Source of the DNA: an uncultured Coriobacteriaceae bacterium
Lineage (GTDB): Bacteria; Actinomycetota; Coriobacteriia; Coriobacteriales; Atopobiaceae
Reading direction: 5' to 3'
Length of the DNA: 64,000 nt
Assembly: GCA_900543875.1 (NCBI GenBank)
Contig: UQSV01000001.1
Span: forward strand, 16,662-80,661
Shown here one piece after another: positions 9,666 through 18,969 of this stretch. The notes below the pieces were generated by a model. That model was not told where the DNA came from. It ran no database searches and saw nothing but the letters and a program-made list of their open reading frames with translations. How positions within the stretch are numbered: the stretch's first letter is position 1; each line of letters starts with the position of its first letter. Position numbers and translations under genes: made by a program.

Positions 9666-10458
9666 GACGAATCACCTCTCTAGCAAGTCCACGGTAGGCA
9701 ATGGCACCCTTATTCGTTGCAGAGTACATTGCAATCGGCAGACCATGGCTTGGAGCCTCAGAAATCTTGATGCTTCGAGGAATCAGAGTCTTGAACATCT
9801 TGTTTCCAAAGTACTTCTTTACTTCTTCAACAACCTCGTTAGAAAGCGTAGTGCGCTTGTCATACATTGTCATGAGCACGCCAAAGACGTCAAGATCCCT
9901 ATTCAGACTCGACTTAACGAGCTTCATCGATTCAAGAAGCTTCGTTACGCCTTCGAGTGCGTAGTACTCGCACTGAATCGGAATTAGCAAGCCGCTTGCT
10001 GCACATAGAGCGTTAATTGTCAGAAGGCCAAGTGAGGGAGGGCAGTCGATGAAAACGTAATCGAACTCATCCTTAACCTCATCAATGAGATTCTTGAGAA
10101 TGCTTTCGCGTGCAATCTTGCTCACAAGCTCAATTTCCGCACCCGCAAGCTGAATAGTTGCAGGAACAACAAACACACGAGATTCTGGAGTATCGACAAT
10201 GAGGTCACTGATTGGATAACCGTCGAGAAGAGCGTCATAAATGTCGTGATCGAGCTCATCCTTGTCGATACCATAGCCACTTGTTGTGTTTCCCTGAGGG
10301 TCAAAATCAATAACTAGGCACTTCTTGCGCTCTTCTCCAAGAGCTGCAGACAGGTTAATTGCAGTTGTCGACTTTCCGACGCCACCTTTTTGGTTGATAA
10401 TTGCCAGAACCTTGGTAGGCTTCGTGGGATTGCTGCGTTTTACGTCCTTATAACCCAT
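9658..10458 (-). CDS. parA: Chromosome partitioning ATPase ParA (Soj)
   Basis: Deviant Walker A KGGVGKST. Low GC. Confidence 0.9.
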   Translation of the reverse strand: MGYKDVKRSNPTKPTKVLAIINQKGGVGKSTTAINLSAALGEERKKCLVIDFDPQGNTTSGYGIDKDELDHDIYDALLDGYPISDLIVDTPESRVFVVPATIQLAGAEIELVSKIARESILKNLIDEVKDEFDYVFIDCPPSLGLLTINALCAASGLLIPIQCEYYALEGVTKLLESMKLVKSSLNRDLDVFGVLMTMYDKRTTLSNEVVEEVKKYFGNKMFKTLIPRSIKISEAPSHGLPIAMYSATNKGAIAYRGLAREVIRRG

Positions 10459-10490
10459 TACTTTCCAATCTACCAGTCGATTTGCTCCAC

Positions 10491-10506
10491 TGTTTCACGT
10501 GAAACA
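10491..10506. promoter_or_regulatory. parS: parS centromere site, perfect palindrome TGTTTCACGTGAAACA
   Basis: Exact match to the canonical parS consensus. Lies 2 bp from the rsmG stop, between rsmG and parA. Confidence 0.85.
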
Positions 10507-10507
10507 C

Positions 10508-11353
10508 TCATCGATTAGCCAGTGGATGATTTCGAGCCTCGCCGTTCTTTCTTGGTAGCTTTACTCTACTCTTCTTAACCTTCTTGTATACAAAGATCTC
10601 TCTATGTCCCAAATCATTTGGAAGTTCGAATGTTTCACGTGAAACATTCTCAAAACCGCACATCTGTGCAACCTTAGATGCATCAGCAAGCTCTTCGTGC
10701 TCAGGATTCGCCTTTCCAAAGAAGAGATAGCCACCCTTCTTAACGTAAGGCTCAGCATATTCAATCAAAATGTCGAGCTTTGCTAGAGCACGCGCAGTCA
10801 CACCATCATAGATGCGACCAGAAGTCTTAACGAATTCTTCGAGACGCCCATGATAAGCAGAAACCCTGTCAGACATACCAAGCTCGTCAACAAACTCTTT
10901 GCATGCGTTGACCTTCTTGCCAACAGAGTCAAGTAAGTCAATGTCAAACTCACTGACGCAAGCAAGAGGAATACCAGGAAAGCCACCACCGGTACCCATA
11001 TCAAGGAAACGAGCTCGTTGGTTAAGACCGATGGCCTCAGAGATAACCTTTGCAAACAGAAGTGAATCAAAAGCATGGAGGATAAGACCATCAGGCATCG
11101 TTCGAATGCTCGTAAGGTTAACGACCTCGTTCTTCTTATACATGAGATAGAGATCTGCAATAACCATCTCAATCTGAGAATTGGTCAAATTGAGTGAATA
11201 GCTGTCAGACATCTCCTGAAGCGTTCTAAGGGCATCTTTAACAGTATAGGTGGAATTAGTCACGAAAGTTGTTTTCGTGTCACAGAGAGCCTCTGAGAGA
11301 CTCGAATTTAGTTCTTTGAACTCTCTTTGACTTAAAGTCATGAAGCTACCCAA
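10508..11353 (-). CDS. rsmG: 16S rRNA m7G527 methyltransferase RsmG (GidB)
   Basis: SAM-binding motif LDMGTGGGFPGIPLA. About 40% GC. Confidence 0.85.
   Translation of the reverse strand: MGSFMTLSQREFKELNSSLSEALCDTKTTFVTNSTYTVKDALRTLQEMSDSYSLNLTNSQIEMVIADLYLMYKKNEVVNLTSIRTMPDGLILHAFDSLLFAKVISEAIGLNQRARFLDMGTGGGFPGIPLACVSEFDIDLLDSVGKKVNACKEFVDELGMSDRVSAYHGRLEEFVKTSGRIYDGVTARALAKLDILIEYAEPYVKKGGYLFFGKANPEHEELADASKVAQMCGFENVSRETFELPNDLGHREIFVYKKVKKSRVKLPRKNGEARNHPLANR
10631..10646. promoter_or_regulatory. parS: Second perfect parS site (TGTTTCACGTGAAACA) inside the rsmG coding sequence
   Basis: Exact palindrome. Confidence 0.85.
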
Positions 11354-11939
11354 TCACTTTGACAAAACTTCCCGAGACGGGAACTCTTGTCAGGAACTTA
11401 TGTCTGAGTTTGATTGAGCTGCGAATGCTTCTAGTCTACTTGAAGTAGGGTCACCAAGCTGGAAATGTTCGGAGAATTACAGAGCTTGGAAATGGCCAGA
11501 TTAACTAGGTCCTAAAGCCCACTAGAGACCAGATACATATCGAGCCAAACCTAGCGTTCACTTCCGGCATGGCACAAAGCCAGAAACATAGAGAAATCAT
11601 CAAGCCGCCAAAGCAGTCAGAGCCACTCGAGACATTGAGAGAGCTATAAGAAGACTTGCGGATGAAGTACAGTTTACAGGTAGACAGGGGGCCAGAATCA
11701 ATAACCTCATAGCTATCAAGCGGAGCTGATTAGATACCAGATACGGCAACCAAGTATCGAGGGCAGCCCCAACCAAAGACTCGTCTCATCTATCAAATCT
11801 CAAGACGCGCAGCAGCTTGAACAAACTATACCGCACGCGCAACAACAAAGATGTGCGCAAACGGCTATCGATTCACATGAAAAGGACGCGGTATATCTCT
11901 GACACAAAAGAGCCACCGAGAGCCGCATCAGTTAGCACA

Positions 11940-11978
11940 CAAAAAAAGGAGGCCCGAAGGCCTCCCAGTAAAACTCCG
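11940..11978 (-). terminator. Minus-strand terminator downstream of jag
   Basis: GGAGGCCCGAAGGCCTCC hairpin followed by an A-run on the plus strand, which is a T-run on the minus strand. Confidence 0.55.
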
Positions 11979-12024
11979 AGTACTAAACCCAGCCCAGAAC
12001 TACGCAAACGGCACCGCGCGCAGG

Positions 12025-12576
12025 CTATTCACCCTTAACCGGAGTGATGACAACATAGCGCTCGGGATCGGTGCCCTCAGAGTGAGTCGTCACCTCAACG
12101 GAGTCCCTCAGGGCAAGGTGAACCAGACGGCGCTCATAGGCATTCATAGGGGCAAGGCGCATAGCGCGGCCAGACTTCACGGCCTTCTGGGCGCTGGAGC
12201 GAGCCATACCCTGGACCTTGTCCCTGCGACGGCTCTTATAGCCCTCGATGTCGACAACGATGGGATAGTGGAAGCCGATACGCTTGTTGAGAAGCGAGGT
12301 AAAGACAACCTGCAGGGCATCGAGGGTGACACCGTGACGACCAATGAGGATGGCAAGGTCGCCGCCGCTCACGTCGAGGATGAGCTCGCCCTCGTCGCCA
12401 TCATACTCATCAATCGAACAGGTGTTCTCGCCAAAGCAGGCGAGCAGGGAGCGCAGAATCTCAATGGCAACGTCGGCCACGACGTCGAGCTGCTCGTCCT
12501 CAAGCTCGCCCTTCTCCTCAAAGGCGGCCTTGATGGCCTCGAACTCAGCGCCCTTCTCCTGCATTTCCTCACTCAT
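12025..12576 (-). CDS. jag: Jag/KhpB RNA-binding protein (KH + R3H domains)
   Basis: R3H-like C-terminus NAYERRLVHLAL. Conserved position after yidC. Confidence 0.7.
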   Translation of the reverse strand: MSEEMQEKGAEFEAIKAAFEEKGELEDEQLDVVADVAIEILRSLLACFGENTCSIDEYDGDEGELILDVSGGDLAILIGRHGVTLDALQVVFTSLLNKRIGFHYPIVVDIEGYKSRRRDKVQGMARSSAQKAVKSGRAMRLAPMNAYERRLVHLALRDSVEVTTHSEGTDPERYVVITPVKGE

Positions 12577-12657
12577 GGCAACCTCCAGATAGACAATGTC
12601 GCGCACCTTCTGTTGAGAGGGCGCGCGACATGGAATTACGTAGTGTCAGCGGATCCG

Positions 12658-13416
12658 CTAGCCCTTCTTGTGGGGACGCGGCTTGTGCTGCTTGCGCACG
12701 ACGTCAACCGTGATGGGCTGGTTGGCCATGCGCTCAGCCTCGTCGGCCTTGGCCTTCTCCATGACCTTGCGGGTGATAAAAACCTGCTGCACGACACCCC
12801 AGGCAGAGGACGTGACGTAGTACAGAACGACACCCACGGGCACGTTCCAGCCGAACCAGATCATCATGAGGGCCATGACCACACCCATGATCTTGGTCTG
12901 GCTGGCCTGCGGGGAGTCGGGCTGGGTGTTGAGCAGCATCGGGACGAGCGTGAGCACGCCAAAGGCAAGCACGAACAGCACGTAGACCCAAGCGCCCAGG
13001 AAGCCGAGCTGCATCACCGCGTCGTTGGTGGTGACGGCGAGCGACTCGAAAATGCCATAGAAGTGGGCGCCCTCGGGAATCTGATAGCGCAGGACCGAGA
13101 ACAGTGCAAAGAAGACGGGCATCTGGATGAGGGTGGGCAAGCAGCCTCCCAGCGGGTTGAACTTGTTCTCGCTGTAGAACTTCTGCATCTCCTCGTTGAG
13201 ACGCTGGGGATCGTCGGCGTAGCGCTCCTGAAGCTCCATGAGCTTGGGCTGGAGCACCTGCATCTTGGCAGTCGAACGCGTCGAGCTCACGGTGAGCGGC
13301 GTCAGCAGAATACGAATGATGGCGGTCAGGACGATGACGGCCAGGCCCCAGTCTCCTACGACGTTAGCGAGAAACGTGAGGATCTGGGCAATGATGTAGA
13401 TAATCCCATCCCACAT
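12658..13416 (-). CDS. yidC: Membrane protein insertase YidC
   Basis: MWDGIIYIIAQIL... N-terminus typical of actinobacterial YidC, with multiple TM segments. Confidence 0.85.
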   Translation of the reverse strand: MWDGIIYIIAQILTFLANVVGDWGLAVIVLTAIIRILLTPLTVSSTRSTAKMQVLQPKLMELQERYADDPQRLNEEMQKFYSENKFNPLGGCLPTLIQMPVFFALFSVLRYQIPEGAHFYGIFESLAVTTNDAVMQLGFLGAWVYVLFVLAFGVLTLVPMLLNTQPDSPQASQTKIMGVVMALMMIWFGWNVPVGVVLYYVTSSAWGVVQQVFITRKVMEKAKADEAERMANQPITVDVVRKQHKPRPHKKG

Positions 13417-13441
13417 GGACAGTACCTCCGGTTGCCCGCCC

Positions 13442-13684
13442 CTAGGGGACGGGATCATAGCCTCCCTTATGGCGTGGATTGCATCTGACGACCCTCGTCA
13501 GAGCAAGCCAACCACCTCTGAGTGCGCCATATCGAGAAAGTGCCTCTATGGTGTACTCAGAACAGGTTGGTGTGTAAATGCAGCAAGGGGGGAGAACAGG
13601 CGAGATGAACCGCCGATACACCCTCACCAAGAAGATGAGGGGTCGTGCGAGAACACTCGGCCTGCCTTCCCCCGTTTTGCTCAT
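13442..13684 (-). CDS. yidD: Membrane protein insertion efficiency factor YidD
   Basis: Conserved [22 protein letters not shown] motif. The internal start is directly adjacent to the rnpA stop. Confidence 0.7.
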   Translation of the reverse strand: MSKTGEGRPSVLARPLIFLVRVYRRFISPVLPPCCIYTPTCSEYTIEALSRYGALRGGWLALTRVVRCNPRHKGGYDPVP

Positions 13685-13686
13685 AC

Positions 13687-14007
13687 CTAAATTCGCTCCA
13701 CAAGCTTCGCCAAGGCGGCCGCCACCTCGGTTGAGGAGGCAGCTCGCGTTGCCGGAGTCGAGAAGAGAATTACCTCGTACCCGTCGAGCGGAAAGCCTAC
13801 CTGCTGAGCCGCGGCTCGAAGCACGCGCTTGCACCGGTTGCGACACACGGCGTTGCCGAGCCTCTTGGCACAAACAAAGGCGACGCGGCTCCGATCCTCC
13901 TGCTCGCTCTCCATGACGGTGAGCCTCACGAGCCGGTGGTTGAGCCGCTTTCCACCCCGAAAGACCTTCTCAAAATCCTGCTTGGACTTGATGGTCTCCA
14001 TGGGCAT
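13687..14007 (-). CDS. rnpA: RNase P protein component
   Basis: Position after rpmH. Basic protein. Internal start MPMETIK chosen. Confidence 0.75.
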   Translation of the reverse strand: MPMETIKSKQDFEKVFRGGKRLNHRLVRLTVMESEQEDRSRVAFVCAKRLGNAVCRNRCKRVLRAAAQQVGFPLDGYEVILFSTPATRAASSTEVAAALAKLVERI

Positions 14008-14009
14008 TC

Positions 14010-14144
14010 CTAGACGGTGAGCTTCTTGCGGCCCTTGGCGCGACGACGGGCGAGAACGGCGCGGCCGTTCTTGGTGGCCATGCGAGCACGGAAGCCGTGG
14101 CACTTGGCGCGCTTCCTCTTATTGGGCTGGTACGTACGCTTCAT
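14010..14144 (-). CDS. rpmH: 50S ribosomal protein L34
   Basis: [44 protein letters not shown]. Confidence 0.95.
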   Translation of the reverse strand: MKRTYQPNKRKRAKCHGFRARMATKNGRAVLARRRAKGRKKLTV

Positions 14145-14195
14145 AGCAAATCCTCCTGAGTGACACAGATCACTGCGTAAGCAGTCAAGCCCCAA

Positions 14196-14656
14196 GATTG
14201 TAGGGGTCTGAGATAACCGAGGTCAAGTTGATTATTGACTTTTTCACGAGGTCAACTTGCATGAGCGGCCCGTGAAAACATCCCTCAGAGGCCTTCGACC
14301 ACAAGCGAGGGGCGCCAAGATGTCAACAACCACAACAGGTTGCGCCGGCCGCTGGTGAAAAGATGCCACAACTTGCCCAACTTTCCAACATCTTTCATCA
14401 AGAGAAGAAAACATGGCGATAACTTTTCACCGCTGATGGAAAATCTCAGCTCAGAAGTGAAATTTTCTGTTCTTCTCGGCTATCTTTTCATTCGCTTGCA
14501 CACGATATTCCAGCAGGTTATCAACACGCTTTCATCGTTTGTTAATAACTTTTCGCCTGTGGAAGAAACATTGCGCAAGTTTTCACCATTTGACGGAAAC
14601 TTGTTAAAAACAGTGAAATGTAGTGAAAAGCAAGCGCGCGGACGAAAGAAGCACCC
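14196..14656. promoter_or_regulatory. oriC: oriC-associated DnaA-box cluster A (between rpmH and the inserted gene)
   Basis: At least six TTTTCAC-containing boxes, including TGTTTTCACG, TTTTCACCG, TTTTCACCA and TTATCAACA. AT-rich. Confidence 0.55.
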
Positions 14657-15865
14657 ATGGCAGACGCCTTCTACCCCTTCGTTGGAGAGGGACCAACCGG
14701 CATCAACGGAGAGACGAAGCCCCAGGTAGTGGGCGAGCAGGGCGCCGCCACCGAGCCCAGGCTCGGTTCCGTGGTGACAAACCCCGCGCGCATCGCCGTC
14801 TTTGACGACACCTCGGCGGCCCCGCGCGTCGTGGTGGTGCAGCCCAACGATGTGCGCACCTACCTCGAGGAGATCACCACGACCGTCACCAGGCTCGCCA
14901 AGGAGCAGGGCGGCTCCATCTCGTTTACCGTGATCCGCGAGGTTGTCGAAAACTTCGTGCACGCCTACTTCATCGAGCCAACCATCTCGATCCTCAACGG
15001 CGGAAACACCATCCGCTTCTCGGACCAGGGGCCCGGCATCCAGGAGAAGGACCGCGCGCTCGAATACGGCACGACGTCTGCCACCGAGGAGATGAAGCAG
15101 TACATCCGAGGCGTGGGGTCGGGGCTGCCCTACGCGCAGCAGTACATGGAGGACCACGGCGGCACGCTGACAATCGAGGACAACCTCAACGCAGGCACCA
15201 TCGTGACCATCTCGATGCCATCTCCCCAGGCAACAGCGCAGCCCATGCCAATGCAGCCGCAGATGGCCCAGGCCATGCAGCAGACGCAGGAGCAGGGGAC
15301 CATGGTGACTCCCGAGCAGATGCAGCAGGGAATGGACCAGGCCGCGCAGGTGCAAGCAATGCAGCAGATGGGACAGATGCAGCCCCAGCAGCCGTGGGCC
15401 GCGCAGCAGACTGACTACGCCCCGCAGCCCATGCAGCAGCCAAATGTTCAAAACCCCTATGTCTATGGCATGCCCCCGCAGACGGCCCAGCGGGGCACCT
15501 GGCCACGGCAGCCCTACCAGCAAATGCCAAACCAGAGCTACTACCAGCAGGGATATCCCATGCAGCAAGCATGGCCCCAGCAGGACTGGCAGCAGCCGAT
15601 GACGCAGCCCATGGGCGGCATGCAACCCCAGCCCTGGGCGCCGCAGCCCCAGCAGCAGGTGCCGCTCGAGCTCAGCGAGCGCGACTCGCAGGTACTCGTC
15701 TTCCTGGCGCAGCACGAGTCGGTGGGTCCAACGGACCTCGTCAACGCCTTTGGCGGCTCGCTCTCGACCTGGACGCGCAGCCTGCAATCACTGGAGGAGC
15801 GCGGCCTGCTGACGAAGATGGGCCAAAAGCGCTACCTCACCGACGCGGGAAGGGCCTTCCTCTAG
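14657..15865 (+). CDS. Origin-embedded protein: stand-alone histidine-kinase-like GHKL ATPase domain, Q/M/P-rich low-complexity linker, C-terminal MarR-type winged HTH
   Basis: N-box REVVENFVHA, G1 box DQGPGI, G2 box GVGSGLP. Residues roughly 190-340 are Gln/Met/Pro/Tyr-rich. The C-terminus SERDSQVLVFLAQHESVGPTDLVNAFGGSLSTWTRSLQSLEERGLL is MarR-like. Confidence 0.6.
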   Translation: MADAFYPFVGEGPTGINGETKPQVVGEQGAATEPRLGSVVTNPARIAVFDDTSAAPRVVVVQPNDVRTYLEEITTTVTRLAKEQGGSISFTVIREVVENFVHAYFIEPTISILNGGNTIRFSDQGPGIQEKDRALEYGTTSATEEMKQYIRGVGSGLPYAQQYMEDHGGTLTIEDNLNAGTIVTISMPSPQATAQPMPMQPQMAQAMQQTQEQGTMVTPEQMQQGMDQAAQVQAMQQMGQMQPQQPWAAQQTDYAPQPMQQPNVQNPYVYGMPPQTAQRGTWPRQPYQQMPNQSYYQQGYPMQQAWPQQDWQQPMTQPMGGMQPQPWAPQPQQQVPLELSERDSQVLVFLAQHESVGPTDLVNAFGGSLSTWTRSLQSLEERGLLTKMGQKRYLTDAGRAFL

Positions 15866-16002
15866 CGGGTTTTCGACACGCGCTTGCCCCGCTCGCCAAG
15901 TTTTCAACAATCACGATGGATGAAAACCCACGCTCCCATATAATGAGTTTTCATCAAACACGTGGTTAAAGCACCAAACGGCTACGACAGGATGTCAGCA
16001 AC
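15866..16002. promoter_or_regulatory. oriC: DnaA-box cluster B / dnaA promoter region
   Basis: Four GTTTTC(N)ACA-type boxes: GGGTTTTCGACACG, AGTTTTCAACA, GGGTTTTCATC (reverse complement), AGTTTTCATCAAACACG. Confidence 0.6.
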
Positions 16003-17616
16003 ATGGCAGAGAACGCAAACATGGAGTCGGACGCCCAAATCTTGTGGGAAGATGTCGTGAACATGCTCGAGGCAGACGGCCTGGCTCCGTCGACCCTCGC
16101 CATGTTCAAAAGCTGTCAGGCCGTCGACATCGACGGCAACACGCTCGTCATCTCCGCAGGCAGCGGCTTTGTTCGCCGCAACGTCGAGAAGAACGCCGCA
16201 ACGATCAAGGCAGCCCTCGAGCGCGCGGCGTTCCAACCCATGGAGCTGAGCGTTGGCATCAACCGCTCGGGAGCTGCGGCCCAGCCGGCCATCCCCGTGA
16301 CGTCCACGGCTCCTGCGCCGCAGGCACAGGAGCAGACGGCGCAGGCTGCCGCCCCGGTGACGTCTCCGCAGCCTGCCACCACGCCGGCACCCATCCCGAC
16401 GCCGGCGCCCGCCTCGCGTATCCAAACCTCCATCACGCGCGAGGAGTTCGAGCGCATGATGAGCCCGGAGGCAGCCGCTCAGGAGGAGCCCTCCGAGGAA
16501 GACGTGGCCGCGAGGCGCAAGAAGAACCCCCTCATCCAGGACATCGCGCCCTCTGACTCCCAGCTCACCTTTGACACCTTCGTCGAGGGCGAGGAGAACC
16601 AGCTGGCCTTCCAGGCCGCCAAGGCCGTGGCGAACGGTAGCCACGGCTACAACCCACTGTTCATCTATGGTGGCCCGGGCATGGGCAAGACCCACCTGCT
16701 CAAGGCCATCCAGAACTACCTTGCCGTGAACGACCCCGACCGCATCTGCGTCTACCGCGCGGCCCGCGAGTTCGTGAGCGACTACACCGACGCCATGGTT
16801 GACACTTCGAGGGACGTCAAGCGCGCGCTCGAGCAGAACTACCATGACATCGATGTGCTCATCATCGACGACATCCAGGGCTTCAAGGGCGCCGCGAAGT
16901 CCATCAACTTCTTCTTCGACACCTTCAACTACCTCACGAGCCACGGCAAGCAGATCGTGCTCGCGGCAGACGAGAGCCCGGCCGAGCTGGGCCTCGAGGA
17001 ACGCGTGACAACCCGTCTCGACTCGGGCGTGACCCTCTCGATCCAGGTGCCCAACTACGAGCTCAAGCTTGGTCTCATCAAGGCATTCTACGAGCGCATG
17101 AAGGCGGATGCCATCGAGAACGGCCAGCACGACTACGATGGCACGCTCTCCGACGACGCGCTCGAGTTCATGGCCCAGAGGGCCGGCGCTTCGATCCGCA
17201 CCATCAAGTCGTTCTGCCAGCTGTGCCTGCTCGAGGCCACCAGCAAGCAGGCGCGTGGCGAGGAGTTTGGCCGCGAGGATATCTCCCAGATCGCCGTCAA
17301 GAAGTGGGGCGCCGACACGCGCACCTTCACGATCGAGCAGATTCAGAAGTTCATCGAGCAGCGCTACTCCATCTCGCACGCCGACCTCATCAGCAACAAG
17401 CGCAACAAGGGGCTCATGGAGCCCAGGCACGTCGCCGTGTGGCTCGCCCGCGAGCTCACGGACTCCACCCTCGCCCAGATTGGCGAGCGCTTTGGCGGCC
17501 GCACCCACGCAACCGTGAAGCACAGCATCAAGTGGGTTGAGGACCGCAGGAGCGAGGACCGCGTCGTCCACGACAAGATTGCCCGGATGAAGGAGGACCT
17601 GATGGCCGGCGCATAG
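16003..17616 (+). CDS. dnaA: Chromosomal replication initiator DnaA
   Basis: AAA+ Walker A GGPGMGKTHLL. C-terminal DNA-binding domain. Pro/Ala-rich linker. Confidence 0.95.
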   Translation: MAENANMESDAQILWEDVVNMLEADGLAPSTLAMFKSCQAVDIDGNTLVISAGSGFVRRNVEKNAATIKAALERAAFQPMELSVGINRSGAAAQPAIPVTSTAPAPQAQEQTAQAAAPVTSPQPATTPAPIPTPAPASRIQTSITREEFERMMSPEAAAQEEPSEEDVAARRKKNPLIQDIAPSDSQLTFDTFVEGEENQLAFQAAKAVANGSHGYNPLFIYGGPGMGKTHLLKAIQNYLAVNDPDRICVYRAAREFVSDYTDAMVDTSRDVKRALEQNYHDIDVLIIDDIQGFKGAAKSINFFFDTFNYLTSHGKQIVLAADESPAELGLEERVTTRLDSGVTLSIQVPNYELKLGLIKAFYERMKADAIENGQHDYDGTLSDDALEFMAQRAGASIRTIKSFCQLCLLEATSKQARGEEFGREDISQIAVKKWGADTRTFTIEQIQKFIEQRYSISHADLISNKRNKGLMEPRHVAVWLARELTDSTLAQIGERFGGRTHATVKHSIKWVEDRRSEDRVVHDKIARMKEDLMAGA

Positions 17617-17862
17617 CCTTCAACATGCCCTGTTTACAAGCGCGAAGAAATGCGTTGAAAACCCCGTCACAGATGTTCAAAGAGTTTTCCACACGTCTTC
17701 AACGTTCAAAACGAGACGGGTTTCTCGACAGTAAAACAGGTCATGAAAAAAGCCTCTGAGCTGGCACTTTGCAGAGTTATTCACATTTGAACACGCTTTA
17801 CTACTTCAACTAGCTTTATATCTACTTATATATACATAGATAGATAGGACAAGGAGAGACAC
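17617..17862. promoter_or_regulatory. oriC: oriC core between dnaA and dnaN: DnaA boxes plus an AT-rich DNA unwinding element (DUE)
   Basis: TTTTCCACA at 17685-17693. TTATTCACA at 17777-17785. GGGGTTTTCAAC on the reverse complement. DUE TAGCTTTATATCTACTTATATATACATAGATAGATAGG. Confidence 0.65.
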
Positions 17863-18966
17863 ATGCGCTTCACCGTCAGCCAGTCTTCGCTCGCCAAGGC
17901 TCTCTCCGTGGTCTCGAAGGGAATCGCCTCCCACTCCACCATCCCCGTTCTCGGCGGAGTGCTCATGCGCGCCACCGGCGGCACCCTTGAGATGCAGACC
18001 TCGGACCTCGACACCTCCATCAGGCACAAGATCGCTGCCAACGTCGAGGAGGAAGGCGAGACCGTCATCTCGGGGCGCATGCTCTCCAACGTCGTCAAGA
18101 ACCTTCAGGACAGTGCCGTGACCTTCGATGGGGGAGAGGGCACGATCAACATCACGTGCGACAAGAGCTCCTTCCACCTCAACACCCTCAACGCGGCCGA
18201 GTTCCCCAACTTCCCCGAGGTCGCCATGGAGCGCTCGGTCGAGCTGCCCGTGGGCGTGCTGTCCGAGATGGTCGACAAGGTCTACAAGGTGACCTCGCGC
18301 GACACGAGCCGCCCGGTGCTCTCGGGCATCCTGCTCAACGTCGAGGAGAACTGCGTGCGTCTCGTGGCCACCGACTCCTACCGCCTGGTGGTCTGTGACA
18401 CCAACGTCGAGACCTCCTCGCTCGACGGCACCTTCGAGATGATCATCCCGGGCACCGCCTTCCACGACGTGCTCTCCCTGCCGAGCGACAGCCCCACCGT
18501 CATCGTGGGCGCCACGACCAACCAGGTCATCTTCGTGTCGGGCAACACCACCTATGTGTCGCGCCGCATCGAGGGTACCTTCCCCAACTACAAACAGCTG
18601 CTGCCGTCGAGCCGTCTCACCTCGATGAAGGTCAAGGTCTCCGACCTCTCGGGCGCCCTCAAGCGCGTGAGCTCCATCGCCACGTCGAACTCCTCGGTGC
18701 GCTTTGACGTTGACCCCGACGCCGCGCTCGTGACCCTCTCGTCCACCTCGCCCGACCAGGGCGACGCCCGCGAGCAGGTCAACGTCGAGGTCGAGGGCGA
18801 GGCCAACTCCATCTGCATGAACTACCGATACGTGGGCGACTGCGTGAGCGCCCTTGCCCAGGACAGCGAGGTGACGCTCGAGCTGCAGCAGAGCATGCGC
18901 CCCGGCGTCTTCAAGAGCTACGGCAAGATCAACTACCTCTACCTGCTCATGCCCGTGCGGATGTAG
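17863..18966 (+). CDS. dnaN: DNA polymerase III beta sliding clamp
   Basis: Typical N-terminus MRFTVSQSSLAKAL. RBS AAGGAGAG. Confidence 0.95.
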   Translation: MRFTVSQSSLAKALSVVSKGIASHSTIPVLGGVLMRATGGTLEMQTSDLDTSIRHKIAANVEEEGETVISGRMLSNVVKNLQDSAVTFDGGEGTINITCDKSSFHLNTLNAAEFPNFPEVAMERSVELPVGVLSEMVDKVYKVTSRDTSRPVLSGILLNVEENCVRLVATDSYRLVVCDTNVETSSLDGTFEMIIPGTAFHDVLSLPSDSPTVIVGATTNQVIFVSGNTTYVSRRIEGTFPNYKQLLPSSRLTSMKVKVSDLSGALKRVSSIATSNSSVRFDVDPDAALVTLSSTSPDQGDAREQVNVEVEGEANSICMNYRYVGDCVSALAQDSEVTLELQQSMRPGVFKSYGKINYLYLLMPVRM

Positions 18967-18969
18967 CCC

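Noticed and set aside
11817-12038. 73-aa ORF in the 670-bp rsmG-jag gap
   Set aside because: It is Lys/Arg-rich with no RBS and overlaps the jag terminator hairpin. It is more likely non-coding
12082-13488. 468-aa plus-strand ORF opposite jag and yidC
   Set aside because: The conserved YidC and Jag sequences are on the minus strand
15982-17571. 529-aa minus-strand ORF antisense to dnaA, and 14480-15787 antisense to the GHKL gene
   Set aside because: They are antisense to recognisable genes. Their composition is skewed to Arg/Gly/Leu/Ala, as expected for GC-rich stop-free frames
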